The translations under genes were made by a program, and so were the position numbers. A DNA stretch of 33,511 nt from a virus (lineage: Duplodnaviria > Caudoviricetes): the IMG/VR virus record IMGVR_UViG_3300033067_001157, positions 1-33,511 of that record. One strand, 5' to 3'. How positions within the stretch are numbered: position 1 is the stretch's first letter; every line of letters starts with the position of its first letter. Shown in pieces: positions 33,399 to 33,511 of this stretch. The notes below the pieces were generated by a model. That model saw nothing but the letters and a program-made list of their open reading frames with translations. It ran no database searches and was not told the origin of the DNA.

Positions 33399-33511
33399 TT
33401 AGCGCAGACGCTCAACGGCGTCGGTGACTTCGACTTCAAACTCGATGCTGGTGCCGTCATCGTTGCCGTGCTGGCTGACGATATACCCCCGGATCGTGAC
33501 CGGGATGCGGT
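33399..33511 (-). CDS. 3' end of a hypothetical gene (5'-truncated by the window)
   Basis: Open frame ...RIPVTIRGYIVSQHGNDDGTSIEFEVEVTDAVERLR-stop followed by the GGGAG RBS of the MTase gene. Confidence 0.6.
   Translation of the reverse strand, partial: RIPVTIRGYIVSQHGNDDGTSIEFEVEVTDAVERLR

Larger units (their letters stand above)
1..33511. mobile_element. Partial genome of a tailed dsDNA phage (podovirus-like morphogenesis genes, lambdoid layout), probable alphaproteobacterial host
   Basis: Contiguous terminase, portal, scaffold, capsid, nozzle, ejection, tailspike and lysis genes plus Cro-like and RuvC-like genes; no host housekeeping genes; genes tightly packed with ATGA/TAATG overlaps; no tape-measure or sheath gene. 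Confidence 0.96.

Overview
The whole window is part of a GC-rich tailed (podovirus-like) phage genome. The host is most likely alphaproteobacterial, inferred from a GapR-like gene and a GTA-type terminase. The layout is lambdoid. A Cro-like gene with a near-consensus sigma70 promoter drives a minus-strand early operon (GapR-like, RuvC-like, NrdJ C-terminal-like) that runs off the left edge. A divergent plus-strand operon (1980-7758) carries a PolA-type 5'-3' exonuclease fusion, a long coiled-coil protein, a candidate strand-annealing protein, an XRE HTH and an HNH. A long minus-strand late region (about 7772-33511) carries Dam-type MTase, a collapsed ParB-MTase, TerS/TerL, P22-like portal, SleB-type cell-wall hydrolase, GroES-like co-chaperonin, HNH, scaffold, major capsid, head/tail accessory proteins, P22 gp10-like nozzle, a sulfotransferase-fold + GNAT pair, three ejection proteins, a split receptor-binding module and holin/spanins. 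No CI-type repressor, integrase, att site, tRNA, rRNA or CRISPR array is visible. The most notable observations are two signal-peptide-bearing proteins inside the tail-spike module, the sulfotransferase/GNAT pair inside the virion block, a possible terminator/anti-SD RNA switch after the capsid gene, and a lambdoid switch region with no CI. All product calls come from motif recognition by eye; no database searches were run.
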